Assembly (NCBI GenBank): GCA_951406725.2
Contig: OX597819.1
Location: forward strand, 5,952,001-6,016,000
Source of the DNA: Octopus vulgaris
Taxonomy: Eukaryota
Reading direction: 5' to 3'
Length of the DNA stretch: 64,000 nt
In this document: positions 32,369-44,836 of the stretch, in pieces
Layout of the letters: each line of letters starts with the position of its first letter
Position numbering within the stretch: the stretch's first letter is position 1
Made by a program: the position numbers and the translations under genes
The notes under the pieces: model-generated
Database searches by the model: none
The model's input: only the letters and a program-made list of their open reading frames with translations
Told to the model about the DNA's origin: nothing

Positions 32369-34083
32369 ATCGCGGGGATTCATCGTGACAAGACGTACTT
32401 TTCATAGCTCCGGTCAAGTCAGTAGCCAAAGAAGCATATTTCAACTCAAGCCAGCAGAAACTTTCCTTGTTTATAGTCCCAGAACTTTTGAATTCTACTA
32501 TTCTACTATTTTACTACCATCGGAGGATAAATTTATACAAATTTATATACAACCTGGAGAAAGAAATATAAACCAAAACTAAAACTAAAACTAGTCCCGT
32601 GAGTACAATTCTTTTCTCTTGATCTGTATTAAACACACCGCTCATTCTGATTTGTACTAAATACACTGAACTCTCCCACACACACCCAGATATAGCCACG
32701 AATTTCCCAATATATCGACACAAACTTTTCAACGGTGCATTCACTATTATACATCAAGCCATCAATTACAAACGTACAGTGTATAATACTGTCCCACTGA
32801 ATATGGCCAATAATATTCCAAAACGCCACTGGGTTGAAAATGAAATCAGTTCACTGATAAACGCTTGGTACACTCACCATAACGATTGTGTAAAAGTTAA
32901 TGTTTACAGTAAAATCGCTGAAAAATTAGCAAAAATATCCTTTTACAGTTCTGTAAAACAGATCGAAAATAAAATAAAAGAGATCGTAAGATCATTTCCT
33001 ATTTTCCACACGCACATGGCAACACTTGAAGCCATACTTGTCAATGAATGTAGTGCACCAAATGGCCCAACTCCAACAGGTCAGGGGTCACTTCAACGAC
33101 CCGATAGCCAGCAACAAACAACATCCACATTGATATCGCTATCTGACCTAATTCCACCCAACACTACCTTGGCAAGCCAGGACTCACTATCACAACAACA
33201 ACAACAGCCTGCTTCTGCTACTACATTGGAAGCACCTTGTTTGGCACCAGTATTTGACCCGATTCCACCCAGCCCTACTGTTACAAGTCAAGTTTCACTG
33301 CTGCTACAGCAACAACAACAACAACAACAACACTCTGCTACTGCTACTACAATAGGACCACTGAACAACATAAAACATAACTTAGAACAATGCAAACATC
33401 AAACTACCCATACCTCGACATTCCTGTTAAATGTACGTGGCATCAACCCATCAATCATTGCCCCAAAATGGAAGATCCCATATATAGAGAGTTGGCTTGC
33501 CGAAACGACACATTGCTTCCCTTTCTTTATCCTTACTGAAACTCATCTAAACAACACCCATATGGATGCCGAGGTGAAAATAAAAGATTTCACCATCGTT
33601 ATTGGGACCGCCTTAAAGCCTTGAAACTCTACTCTTTCCAGCGTCGCCGTGAGCGGTACATCATTTGTACGATGTGGAGAATATACCACCAACTTTGCCC
33701 AAACGACTTGAACATTAGCTTCAAGGTTCATCCAAGACTGAGACCACGGGCCATACGTCTCCTGCCCAATTCAAGATCACAGCATACATGTACACTGCAA
33801 CATAATTTCTTTTCCTCAACAAGCCCTGCCCTGTTTAACATTATCCCGAAAGAGATCAAAGAGGAAAAGGATCCCATCAACTTTAAACGGAGTCTGGATA
33901 GATTCTTTCAAGGAATACCAGATAAGCCACCCATAATTGGATACAACTCACCCAACAAAAACTCACTACTTGAATGGACCATAAACAAAACTTGACTTAA
34001 ACAGGATTTAGATAATCCTATCAGGTGGTGCTATTAAGTTAGACATGGACTGGACCAATCTTTGGTCGAAACATATCTAAGTT
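32369..34083 (+). mobile_element. Internally deleted CR1-group LINE (5' UTR, Myb/SANT-like plus APE N-terminus joined to RT C-terminus, 3' UTR)
   Basis: LLNVRG...FILTETHL (APE) jumps at about 33598 to YWDRLKALKLYSFQRRRERY...FKRSLDRF...IPD.P. Confidence 0.8.
32803..33624 (+). CDS. Myb/SANT (trihelix)-like domain, Q/P/S/T linker and truncated AP endonuclease
   Basis: KRHWVENEISSLINAW...VYSKIAEKL...SVKQIENKIK; NVRG and TETHL motifs in the same frame. Confidence 0.65.
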   Translation: MANNIPKRHWVENEISSLINAWYTHHNDCVKVNVYSKIAEKLAKISFYSSVKQIENKIKEIVRSFPIFHTHMATLEAILVNECSAPNGPTPTGQGSLQRPDSQQQTTSTLISLSDLIPPNTTLASQDSLSQQQQQPASATTLEAPCLAPVFDPIPPSPTVTSQVSLLLQQQQQQQQHSATATTIGPLNNIKHNLEQCKHQTTHTSTFLLNVRGINPSIIAPKWKIPYIESWLAETTHCFPFFILTETHLNNTHMDAEVKIKDFTIVIGTALKP

Positions 34084-34112
34084 GTATGTGTGTGTGTATG
34101 TGTGTGTCTGTG

Positions 34113-34153
<41 letters not shown>

Positions 34154-34210
34154 ACATATATATACATACACAAGCACACACATATAAATATATGCGAATA
34201 TACCTGTATA

Positions 34211-34286
<76 letters not shown>

Positions 34287-34854
34287 AATAATTCGTTTCC
34301 AATGAAAGTAGTAAAGTAGTGAATTGAAAGAGTCTGTTGAAAGAGTCTGTAGTCTGTCGAAAGAGACATATATTCCGCCTTAGAATTATATATTTCAGCG
34401 AAAAGGAATTTGGTTGTGCAGTGAAAGAAGTCGATAGCGAGAACGAAATGTAACAACAAAAGTAAACAACTGTAGTAACATCCTGAACAACAAGACCAAA
34501 TCTGATGTTTGGCAACAACATAGGTAAACATGATTAGATCTTCGATATTTTGTGTATTGTGGCCATTATTATATAGTAACGGAAGAGTTGTTTATATCAG
34601 CCTTAGTATTGGACTCCTGCTTACTTTCACAATCCAGAAAGACTGGAATGCAAATTTAACGTGGGTGGGATTTGAATTTAAGAACATTTGAAATTTTGAT
34701 CGTGTATGGCTGTGGGGTTAAGAAACTCACTCGCTTGCGACTGCGCTGTTTCGGGTTCAGTCCTTCTGGGTGGCACTTTGTACAAGTGTCTCTTGCTCTG
34801 GTGCTGGCCTTGTGTGAGTTAAGTTTGTTGACAAAAACTGTCTGGAAGTCCGTC

Positions 34855-34905
<51 letters not shown>

Positions 34906-35104
34906 GGCACACACAAACACAAACGCGCGCGCGCATACACATATGGATTGTTAAAGTAATGCAATGATTCAGTGTGACCATCAGATCAGATATCGAAACC
35001 TGACATGTGGTGAACAAAAAAAAAGAAAAACTAAACTTGCACAATAATCAACATACCATGTCCCGCTGACAACAAGATCAAAGATAAAGAAGAAGAAGAA
35101 AAAG

Positions 35105-35400
35105 AGAACAACTATGACGATTTAAAGTGGGAAATATGCAGGTTGTAGGCAATGATGGGAGTGGACGTAATACTAGTAGTAATTGCTGTGCTTGGAAGTA
35201 TCAAAACTCAACTGTTTTGAGCATGACTCAAAAAAATTGGTACAAATATAACGATAGAACACTTACAAAAATCATTATTGCTTGGAACCACAAGAGTTCT
35301 CTGTAGGGTTCTTGAAGCATGATCAGTAGTTAAGTGTCATCTTAGTCTGTAGCTGTGGACAGTTGGCACTTTCTATCATACCCAACAAAAGAAGTTGAGA
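35105..35400 (+). mobile_element. Decayed R4/Dong-type RLE LINE 3' end
   Basis: YDDLKWEICRL...VVIAVLGS...LQKSLLLGTTRVL; followed by (AAT)n. Confidence 0.6.
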
Positions 35401-35412
35401 GTTTTTAAATAA

Positions 35413-35451
<39 letters not shown>

Positions 35452-36621
35452 TGGGCAGTTGCGGTGGTCAGATATAGTGCGCCCATCCTCAAATGAACTA
35501 AGGAGGAAATATCAACACTGGATAGAAGGACGAGAAAGTTGATGAGGCTGCATGGAGCGCTACACCCTAAAGCAAAGGTAAACAGACTGTATATGGAAAG
35601 AAAGAATGGTGGCAGAGGACGAATTAGTATAGACCATTGTATAAGGAGTGAAAGGAGAACGCTTGCCGAGTATTTGATAAATGGTGATGAAGACCTGCTG
35701 CAATATGCCGTGAAAGATAATGGTGGATATGCTGATGAAATGATGGACAAGGAAGAGTTTAACCAAAGAGCTGAGGAGAAGAGAAAAGAAGACCTTCCTG
35801 AAATGAGAATGCATGGACAGTTTGAAAAGAATGCACAGAACATTAAGGATAATACAGCACCCTGAGCATGGCTTGAGCGAGGTGATTTGAAGCGTACCAC
35901 CGAAAGCCTGATCATTGCTGCACAAGTCAGTGAAGTATAACATCTATAAAATATCTGACACCCAGAAATGCAGACTCTGTGGAAAGAATGTGGAAAATGT
36001 GACCCACTTGGTAAGTGGATGTGAGAGCCTTGCACAAAAAAAAAAAAAAAAAATACAAGCGCCGCCACGATAATGTATGTGCGCATCTTCATTGGCTCTT
36101 ATGCCGTAAATGCCAATATGAAGTAACAGAGAAATGGTATGAGAATGTACCAAGTTATGCAGGAGGATGGAAAAGTAACGATACTCTGGGACTATGATTT
36201 GCTGACAGATCGTGTAATCGAACACCATCGGCCGGACATTGTCATGTTGAATAATAGAGACAAATACAGCCAGATCATTGGTATAATCATTCCAAGTGAC
36301 ATGAATGTTGTGAGTAAAGAGGTTAAAAAAATCACCAAGTACTCCGAATTGAAAGTGGAAATGGCAAGACTGTATGGAATGCGAGAGGGAAATGTAAAAG
36401 TGATACCAGTGGTGATCGGAGCACTGGGCTCAATTCCATTGAAACTTCAAGACTTCTTAAAGCAACTGGAAATTCTATGCAAGATTGATGTCTTGCAAAA
36501 AAGAAGCTATATTGGACACATCACATATCTTAAGGAAGGTATCACCCGTCTTTGGTCCTTGTTGTGGCTTGACATATGACTAAAGACTCCGGTGCATTTC
36601 TACCAACTCTGTGTTTCGAAG

Positions 36622-36622
<1 letters not shown>
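35452..36622 (+). mobile_element. 5'-truncated R4/Dong-type RLE LINE, pseudogenised
   Basis: LDRRTRKLM..HGALHPKA.V.RLY..RK.GGRG; MHGQF; CRLC...THLVSGC; RHD; ILWD...RPDIV; VIPVVIGALG; (AAT)n on both sides. Confidence 0.9.
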
Positions 36623-36713
<91 letters not shown>

Positions 36714-36761
36714 GGTATGATAATAATAAGGGATAATAGAAATAATAATAATACTAGTACA

Positions 36762-38012
36762 ATAAAAAAGGGATGTCAAAACACCCCTGGAAAACCATGT
36801 CTCAAGGAAATCCAAAAGATTGTGCTAACAAGTACTGCCCACATCCTTAGAAAAACCCTATCAATGTAAATGTTTGTGTTTGTATTACATGGAGATATTT
36901 CTCTACTTCCCCCCCCAAGCTTTCAGGAAGCTTATAAGTTCGAAAGGGAACTAGGCATTAACCAGGAAGCTTATAAGTTCGAAAGGGAACTAGGCATTAA
37001 CCTTGAATCAGGTGAAGAGCCAGAAACCACTGCTACCAAGCAAGCAAAGCGAATCAGGCAGACTGCAAAAAAGAATGGGCAGAATCAAATTGAGAGGCGG
37101 TGGAGCCAGAAGCCCCTGCATGGACAATACATTCTCCGAAGCCAAAATGCTGATGTAGACCAAGCAACAACCCATCAGTGGCTGAAGAGTTCTGGATTGA
37201 AAGCAGAGACTGAAGGCTTCATAATGGCAGCACAAGATCAAAGCTTGTTTACCAGAAATTACCAGGCTAACGTTCTCCGAAACGGTACTGACCCTAAATG
37301 CAGATTCTGTGACACATTTGACGAAACAATAGACCATCTCGTTTCGGGATGTCCTGTGCTGACACCAAACGAATACAAAAATCGCCACGATAGGGTAGGA
37401 CAGTATATACATTGGAAGATATGTAAACACTACAAATCCGACACTCCTGCTAACTGGTATGAACACCATCCCCAGCCAGTTGTTGAAGGTAAAGATGTCA
37501 CCATCCTCTGGGATTTTCCAGTCAACACTGACAGAACGATCAAGGCTAATCGACCAGACATAATTGTTAAAGACAGGGAAGAAAATACCTGCAGACTAAT
37601 AGAAGTAAGCGTCCCCACTGATAAAAATGTATCTGTCAAGGAATTTGACAAACTTAGTAAATATAAGGACCTGGAAATCGAAATACAGAGGATGTGGAAT
37701 CTTAAAACAAAAACTGTTCCTGTTATTGTGGGTGCCCTAGGTATGATAAAAAAGGGATGTCAGAAACACCTAGACAATATCCCTTAAAACCATGTCTCAA
37801 GGAAATCCAAAAGATTGTGCTAACAAGTACTGCCCACATCCTTAGAAAAACCCTATCAATGTAAATGTTTGTGTTTGTATTACATGGAGATATTTCTCTA
37901 CTTCCCCTCCCCAAGCTTTCAGCTATATTTCAACAACTCTTAACCTTCACTTGCCCTAGGGCGCTGGGTGTGCCCCGGCAGGTGATTGCATCAAACATGC
38001 AGATTAAAAGTA
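36762..38012 (+). mobile_element. 5'-truncated R4/Dong-type RLE LINE with duplicated 3' segment placed upstream
   Basis: KPLHGQY, ETEGFIMAAQDQ, CRFC...DHLVSGC, RHD, RPDII, KYKDL; 36762-36926 duplicates 37746-37923; (AAT)n flanks. Confidence 0.93.
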
Positions 38013-38631
38013 AATGACAATGATAATAATAAATAATAATAATAATAATAATAATCCTTTCTATTATAGGCACAAGTCCTGAAATTTTGGGGAAGGGGGC
38101 TAGTCAATTACATCGACTCTCCTAGGTTTTACACAAAAAGTTGGTGAAGGTCTGTCCAAAAACGAAGTTGGCTGTCTTTAGTCTTTTCAGCTTGGTCCAT
38201 CACACAAGCTCCTCTGTTAAGGCCACCTGCCTGTCCTTACCAGCCAAAGGAAGGCGGTGGGATGATCTCCCCGATTGACTCAGTGTGTAGCTGGTCAGCC
38301 CTATATTGAGGAGTAACGTATTAAACTGTTTCGAATTAATTTAAGTATTTATATTAATTAGGGGAAAGAAAATAAAATCTTGGCGGTAATTGTTAACAAC
38401 TACTAAAGAAAAGGGTAGGAAAGGAGATGATTTAAAGAAATTGGGATTAACCTAAAAAATAATATTTACATGTATACTGGAAAACCTTATCTATTTTCTA
38501 AGCATTCATAAGGCATAATCTTATTGCATAATATAGTGTTTCGAAAACCGCCTTTACCAAACGACAAAGGATTTTACGTAGAGAAAACCTGTTGCAAAAA
38601 TGTTTTAGCTAGAAATAAATTAGCGTTCGGT

Positions 38632-38850
38632 GTAAGGCTGCAAGCTGATAGAATCGTTGTCATGTCAGGTACAATGTTGAGCATCATTGCTTTAATTTCT
38701 GAGTTCAAATCCCGCCGGGGTCCAATTTGATTTTTAATCCTTTCGGGTTTCGTTAAAATAAAATACTAGCCAAGTACTGGGATCGACGCTATCGACTAAT
38801 CTAACCCACCCCTAAATTGCTGATTTTGTGTGCCAAAATTTAAAACATTA
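38632..38850 (+). mobile_element. Decayed Nin-domain SINE
   Basis: gagttcaaatcccgcc B box and a degenerate 'tcctttcggg..cg.taaaataa..tac.ag'. Confidence 0.55.
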
Positions 38851-39357
38851 AATTACTTTTCGGAGTTTTGTCAGATCACATATAAAAGAGTTAAATCTCA
38901 CGTTTTTTTTACTGTATTCACACATAAATCATGAACAACATCCCAGAAAGGCAATAGTATAGCTTTCATAAAATAGTGAATACCTTCGACAGCAGATCAC
39001 CTATAGTTAGGCTAGAGCAGACCGTTTCATAAAGAGAGCAAGCAGTAAATTCATTAGTAGAAAAATCTTTGATTATTAATTAGTTGCTCACTTTGGCTGC
39101 TGCCAGAGATATACTTGGCAAAGTTTTGTGACTAGAATTAACTGGAGAGCTAGCTGACATATTTTTGTGCAGCGATCAACTTCGATTAGTTGCAGAGACG
39201 GTAGGTGAAGAGGAAGGGTGTTGGGGTGATCCTGAAGGAAATGAAATAGAGAGAAAGAAGGAAAAAGAAAAATAATGAGGCGAAATAAAATACAAAAAAC
39301 AAAAAAAACTGAGAGGAAGAGCAAGATAAGTTGGTGTGCATACACATATGCATATAC

Positions 39358-39414
<57 letters not shown>

Positions 39415-39630
39415 TATTGTATATATGTATATGTATATGTATATATATATATGTATGTGTATGTGTGTTGTGTGTGTGTGTGTGCGTGCGTGCGTGTGTG
39501 TATGTGTGTGCGTGTATGACCTATCCGGTGTAGACATGACTGTGCAGTAGTTAAAACTGTCTCTTATAACCGCACGAGATCAATTCCTCTACTCTGTACC
39601 CTGGGCAAGTATATTATACCGTAGTCCCGA

Positions 39631-41040
39631 GGAGATTTTCCGCGGTTGGATTGCTGCCTTGTACAGTGACATTGAGTCTATCATCCGAGTGAACGGTTTT
39701 TTCAAAACCGTTCAAGATTGAACGCTCAGTACGCTAGGGATTCCCTTGTCACTTCTTTCGCATGTATCGGCTCAAGGGCCAATTCATGCAAAAAGTTGGA
39801 GGCGTTAGGGGGCGTGCTGCATGATCTGTAGTATGGAAGAGGAGCAACTGCGTATGTGGATGGCATCTCCATCATCGTGTACGAAGAAGGGCAGCTTCCT
39901 TATGTGGAAAACGCCATCAAAGGATACGAGGCGGTGGAAGGAGCAAAGGTTCACCAGGACAAGTCGATCGGCTTGCAACTTGGCACATGGAGGGGCAAGT
40001 CGATGTCGTCCAATAACGTCGTGGGGCGTTGGACGGAAGGTCCGGTTAAGTTGCTAGGGGTCTGGTTCGGTCCAGACCTCCAAATAGAGAAGAATTGGAG
40101 GGAGGTCACGGCCAAGGTGACTGCCCTAATCCAGACCTGGTTTGGGCGGGCATTATCCTTGGTAGGGAGGGCGGAGATGGTGCAGATGTTCATAGCATCT
40201 GTCATCACTTATAGCCTGACCGTTGTGCCTTGCCCCGTTGGAAAGAATCTTTTCCCGCTTTTTGTGGAAGAGAGGAAAGCCAATTGTGAAGCGCTCTGCT
40301 GCCAAAAGTCGCTAAAGGGTGAGCTAGGGATGCCTTGGCTAAAGATGCGAAAATTCGCGTTAAGGTTCAGGCACCTCTGGCTTTATCTGGATGGGGGGAG
40401 GGGAAGGTGTGCTCAGCGCATGCAAAGTTCTACTCTCCACAGTAAACGTCCTTAATGGACATTGTTCCATTGGTCAAACGAAGAGCTAGGCTGGGGGATT
40501 GGCAATTGGAGAGTCTAACGGCACCCCAGCTACTCTCTCGGGTGGGCAATACTGGCAACAGGAGTTCCACTTCAGATTTCTATAGCGGGTTAGTTGAATT
40601 GATGTCAGACGATGTCCTGGGGGAGACTCTGGACGTCGATGGAAATCAGTTGATAAACCTGTTCAGAAGAGCCTTCGGGCCGGGGTATCTTGACAATTAC
40701 CAGAAATCCCTGGTTTGGCAGTGCTACCGTTCGGCTTTGCCTGTTCGAGACAAGCTGTCAAGGCACGGAAGTGCCGTCTCGCCGACATTCCCGAGGTGCG
40801 GGCGGGACAGAGAAACTGTCTTGCACGCTTTCGTGGAATATCCAGAATTAACGGGACTGATAGCTTTTGTCGACCAACTGTTGCCAACGATGGGAAGGGT
40901 ACAGTTCTCAGCTGAGTCTATTATCAAGATTGTGCCGCCTCCTACTTTTAACATGGAAAGGAAGGCTTGTTTTTTCTGCGTAGTAGCCATACTGAAAGAA
41001 ACAGTATGGAAGATGCGTGTAAGAGGTATAGCGACAGGTA
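39631..41040 (+). pseudogene. L1/Tx1-clade ORF2 fragment (RT C-terminal half plus zf-RVT), frameshifted
   Basis: WIAALYSDIESIIRVNG..S....RSVR*G.PL; VKLLGVWFG; LSLVGRA; ALPVRDKL...PRCG...ETVLHAF. Confidence 0.85.
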
Positions 41041-41072
41041 TTTTACATCAGGAATATTGCAAAATAAATACT

Positions 41073-41156
<84 letters not shown>

Positions 41157-41230
41157 AAAATTAATAGTTGTGTTCAAGCTAATTATAATAATTATATAAA
41201 CACTACTGATATCGTAGTGTTACAACTCCC

Positions 41231-41427
41231 CCTCCTCCTCCCCTCCTCCTCCTCCTCCTCCTCCTCCTCCTCCCCCTCCTCCTCCTCCTCCTCCTCCTCC
41301 TCCTCCTCCTCCTCCTCCTCCTCCTCCCCTCCTCCTCCTCCTCCTCCTTCCTCCTCCTCCTCCTTCCTCCTCCTTCCTCCTCCTCCTCCTCCTCCTCCTC
41401 CTCCTCCTCCTACTACTACTACTACTA
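41231..41427. repeat. (CCT)n polypyrimidine microsatellite
   Basis: Direct reading. Confidence 0.95.
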
Positions 41428-42503
41428 AGAAATATCAACAATAATTATATTTACATACATACATACATACATTCATACATACGTACATGCATGCATACAT
41501 ACATACTCGCACAAATACTGGGAACAGTATCTCTTGAACATGCTATCCTTCACACAAGAAAAACTTACACTTATGAAATAAATATTTCTTCACGTGCGAT
41601 TAATAAAAAAAATGACATTAAAATACGCAAATACCTCCACATGCACACATGAATACGTGCAAATATAAAACATACCCCACTTTACACGTGTACACTTAGA
41701 ACTATTCACATAAGAACATAAATTTTCCCCAGACTTAGATATATACAAAATCACTCATACATATAGATGCTTTCACAACCGAAACGTACTTTCCAAACTT
41801 TTACGTCTATGAGGATATCGAACTGATTCTTGATGATTAATGTTCAATGTGAAATCTGTCAAAATCTGAGAAATCCACAGAACTTCTTTGGTTTGAACCC
41901 CCAAATCAATAATGCAGCGTGTACTTACTCAAGATTTATCGAATATATTTGTTGTTCTTATGCTTGAGAGTTATATTAAAAAATTGCTGTTTAGAGGCAG
42001 GTTAAGTGTCTAGAATGTTCCATACATATACGCACCTTAATTAAGTGGCTAACTGAGATGATAGATCAATGTCTTAAAACCCCCCAATGGTCTTGTATCC
42101 AATAAGGATATCGCTGAAAGTTCTCCCAAAAGCCTGGCGAAAGGTGGTTATTGAATATAGAAATAACATGCATCATATGCATCAATAAAGGCTAATTTAT
42201 TGGTCAATTACATTTATGTTGTGATTATAAAGAATCTTTGGATGTGTTGACCTCGGGCCATTTGCTGTTCTATTGAAGTGAAACCGGAAACTATTATAAT
42301 TAAGGATTGATCAATGGTGTATTTATATATCAACGCATAATAACCGATTAATAAATGGATAATTCTGATAATTAAATCACGGAGATATGAAAGAAAACAC
42401 CAACACCTTAAAAGTCAATAATCTATATATAATCTTTGCACGTATGTTTGTAGGCACGCCTGCATACATATATGTATGTATATATGTATGTATGTATGTA
42501 ACA

Positions 42504-42504
<1 letters not shown>

Positions 42505-42583
<79 letters not shown>

Positions 42584-42621
42584 GTCTGTCTGTCTGTCTG
42601 TCTTCTACCTATCTGTCTATC

Positions 42622-42700
<79 letters not shown>
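42505..42700. repeat. (ATCT)n microsatellite
   Basis: Direct reading. Confidence 0.95.
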
Positions 42701-42701
<1 letters not shown>

Positions 42702-43097
42702 CACATACATGCTAACATATGTGGTACATTGCAGCTGCTACATATATGCACCGTAGACTGCATGAATAAATATTTGGCTGATTTGTCTAATATTTTTGAC
42801 TTTTCACTCTTCAGCGTGATATCAGTACTAACCTCAAACTTGATTGTAAAAACTTTGTGTAATAATTCCTACCTAGAACTGCATTTGGAATATCTCTACA
42901 TACATTACGTGCAGAATCTATTTTCTGGAGTTGTTTTCCGACATGCAGAAGTTCAGTTTCAATATTATGACCTGTATTGATCTCTTTGGTTCTGAAGGGG
43001 CTTCGACAGGTCATGGGCGTTGCCCTTCTTCCCTCAACGATTGAAGAAACAATGGAAACAGTTACCTGCTATTGTTAATTCCATAAAATATCAATGC

Positions 43098-43141
<44 letters not shown>

Positions 43142-43169
43142 TTAGAGATAAAAGCACTATTAGGCAAAT

Positions 43170-43216
<47 letters not shown>

Positions 43217-43252
43217 GTGTGTATATATATATACACACACGCATATATATAC

Positions 43253-43315
<63 letters not shown>

Positions 43316-43705
43316 ATAGTGCTGCACTAATTTACCAATATTTACTGGAAATAGCAGTCCATAATATACGACGCTAAAGTAAAGCTTTACAGTATAAATA
43401 TACTGGCAAAATTCTTGCGGACGGCGAACGTAAAACATTTCATCTTACTTGTAGGAAGAACATGAAATAAATCCAGGAGCTTCCAAATTCCGTTTGTTAA
43501 CGTAAATTTAATTTGTTCTCATCGGGTAGACTTACCTAGAGAAAATCTTAAATGTCGCTACATCAATGCCAGTATATACTCGTCTGAAACGCCCATACTG
43601 ATGTGATCAGAATATTAAACAATGTTATACCACACTATCTTATTTATACTTTTACCTGATGGTGCTTTGTTTTACTGGGAAGCAATACTACTGAATTACT
43701 ATTTA

Positions 43706-44088
<383 letters not shown>

Positions 44089-44162
44089 TAAGGGCATTAC
44101 TATACACAAATGCCTAACGCTAGGAGGGACTCTTAAAGACAAAAATATATATATATATATAT

Positions 44163-44470
44163 ATTATTGGGTCTGGGGAGAGTCATTCTCTTTTTGTGCC
44201 TTATTACTTAACACACTCACCGTTTCGATTTCTGCTCATTTACTTATTTGTGTTTTCTAAAATTTCGATGCGTCTAGCAGCATCTTCAAGAGTCACGACT
44301 ATTGAAGAGGTTGCAAGACACAACGAAAATTTTAGAAAAAATGAGGTAGTAATGTTTGGAAATCGAACCGGTGAGTGTGCTAAGTAATAAGGCACTAAAA
44401 GAGAATGACTCTCCCTTGACAATAAAATATTCTTCAACACACGAATTCACAAACCATATGCAAAAACGAA
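44163..44470. repeat. Imperfect fold-back (about 130-bp arms) abutting (TA)n
   Basis: ggggagagtcattctc...cttcaagagtc / gactattgaag...gagaatgactctccc. Confidence 0.85.
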
Positions 44471-44471
44471 G

Positions 44472-44700
44472 TTGGCGAGCTGGCAGAAACGTTAGCACGC
44501 CGGGTGAAATGTGTAGCCTTATTTCGTCTGCCGTTACGTTCTGAGTTCAAATTCCGCCGAGGTCGACTTTGCCTTTCATCCTTTCGGCGTCGATAAATTA
44601 AGTACCAGTTACGCACTGGAGTCGATGTAATCGACTTAATCCGTTTGTCTGTCCTTGCTTGTTCCCTCTGTGTTTAGCTCCTTGTGGGTAGTAAAGAAAT
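44472..44700 (+). mobile_element. Nin-domain SINE monomer
   Basis: Head plus a single body unit identical in organisation to 4348-4578. Confidence 0.88.
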
Positions 44701-44706
44701 ATATGT

Positions 44707-44762
<56 letters not shown>

Positions 44763-44805
44763 GCATACATACATATATATGTATATATTTATGTATACAT
44801 ATGTC

Positions 44806-44836
<31 letters not shown>

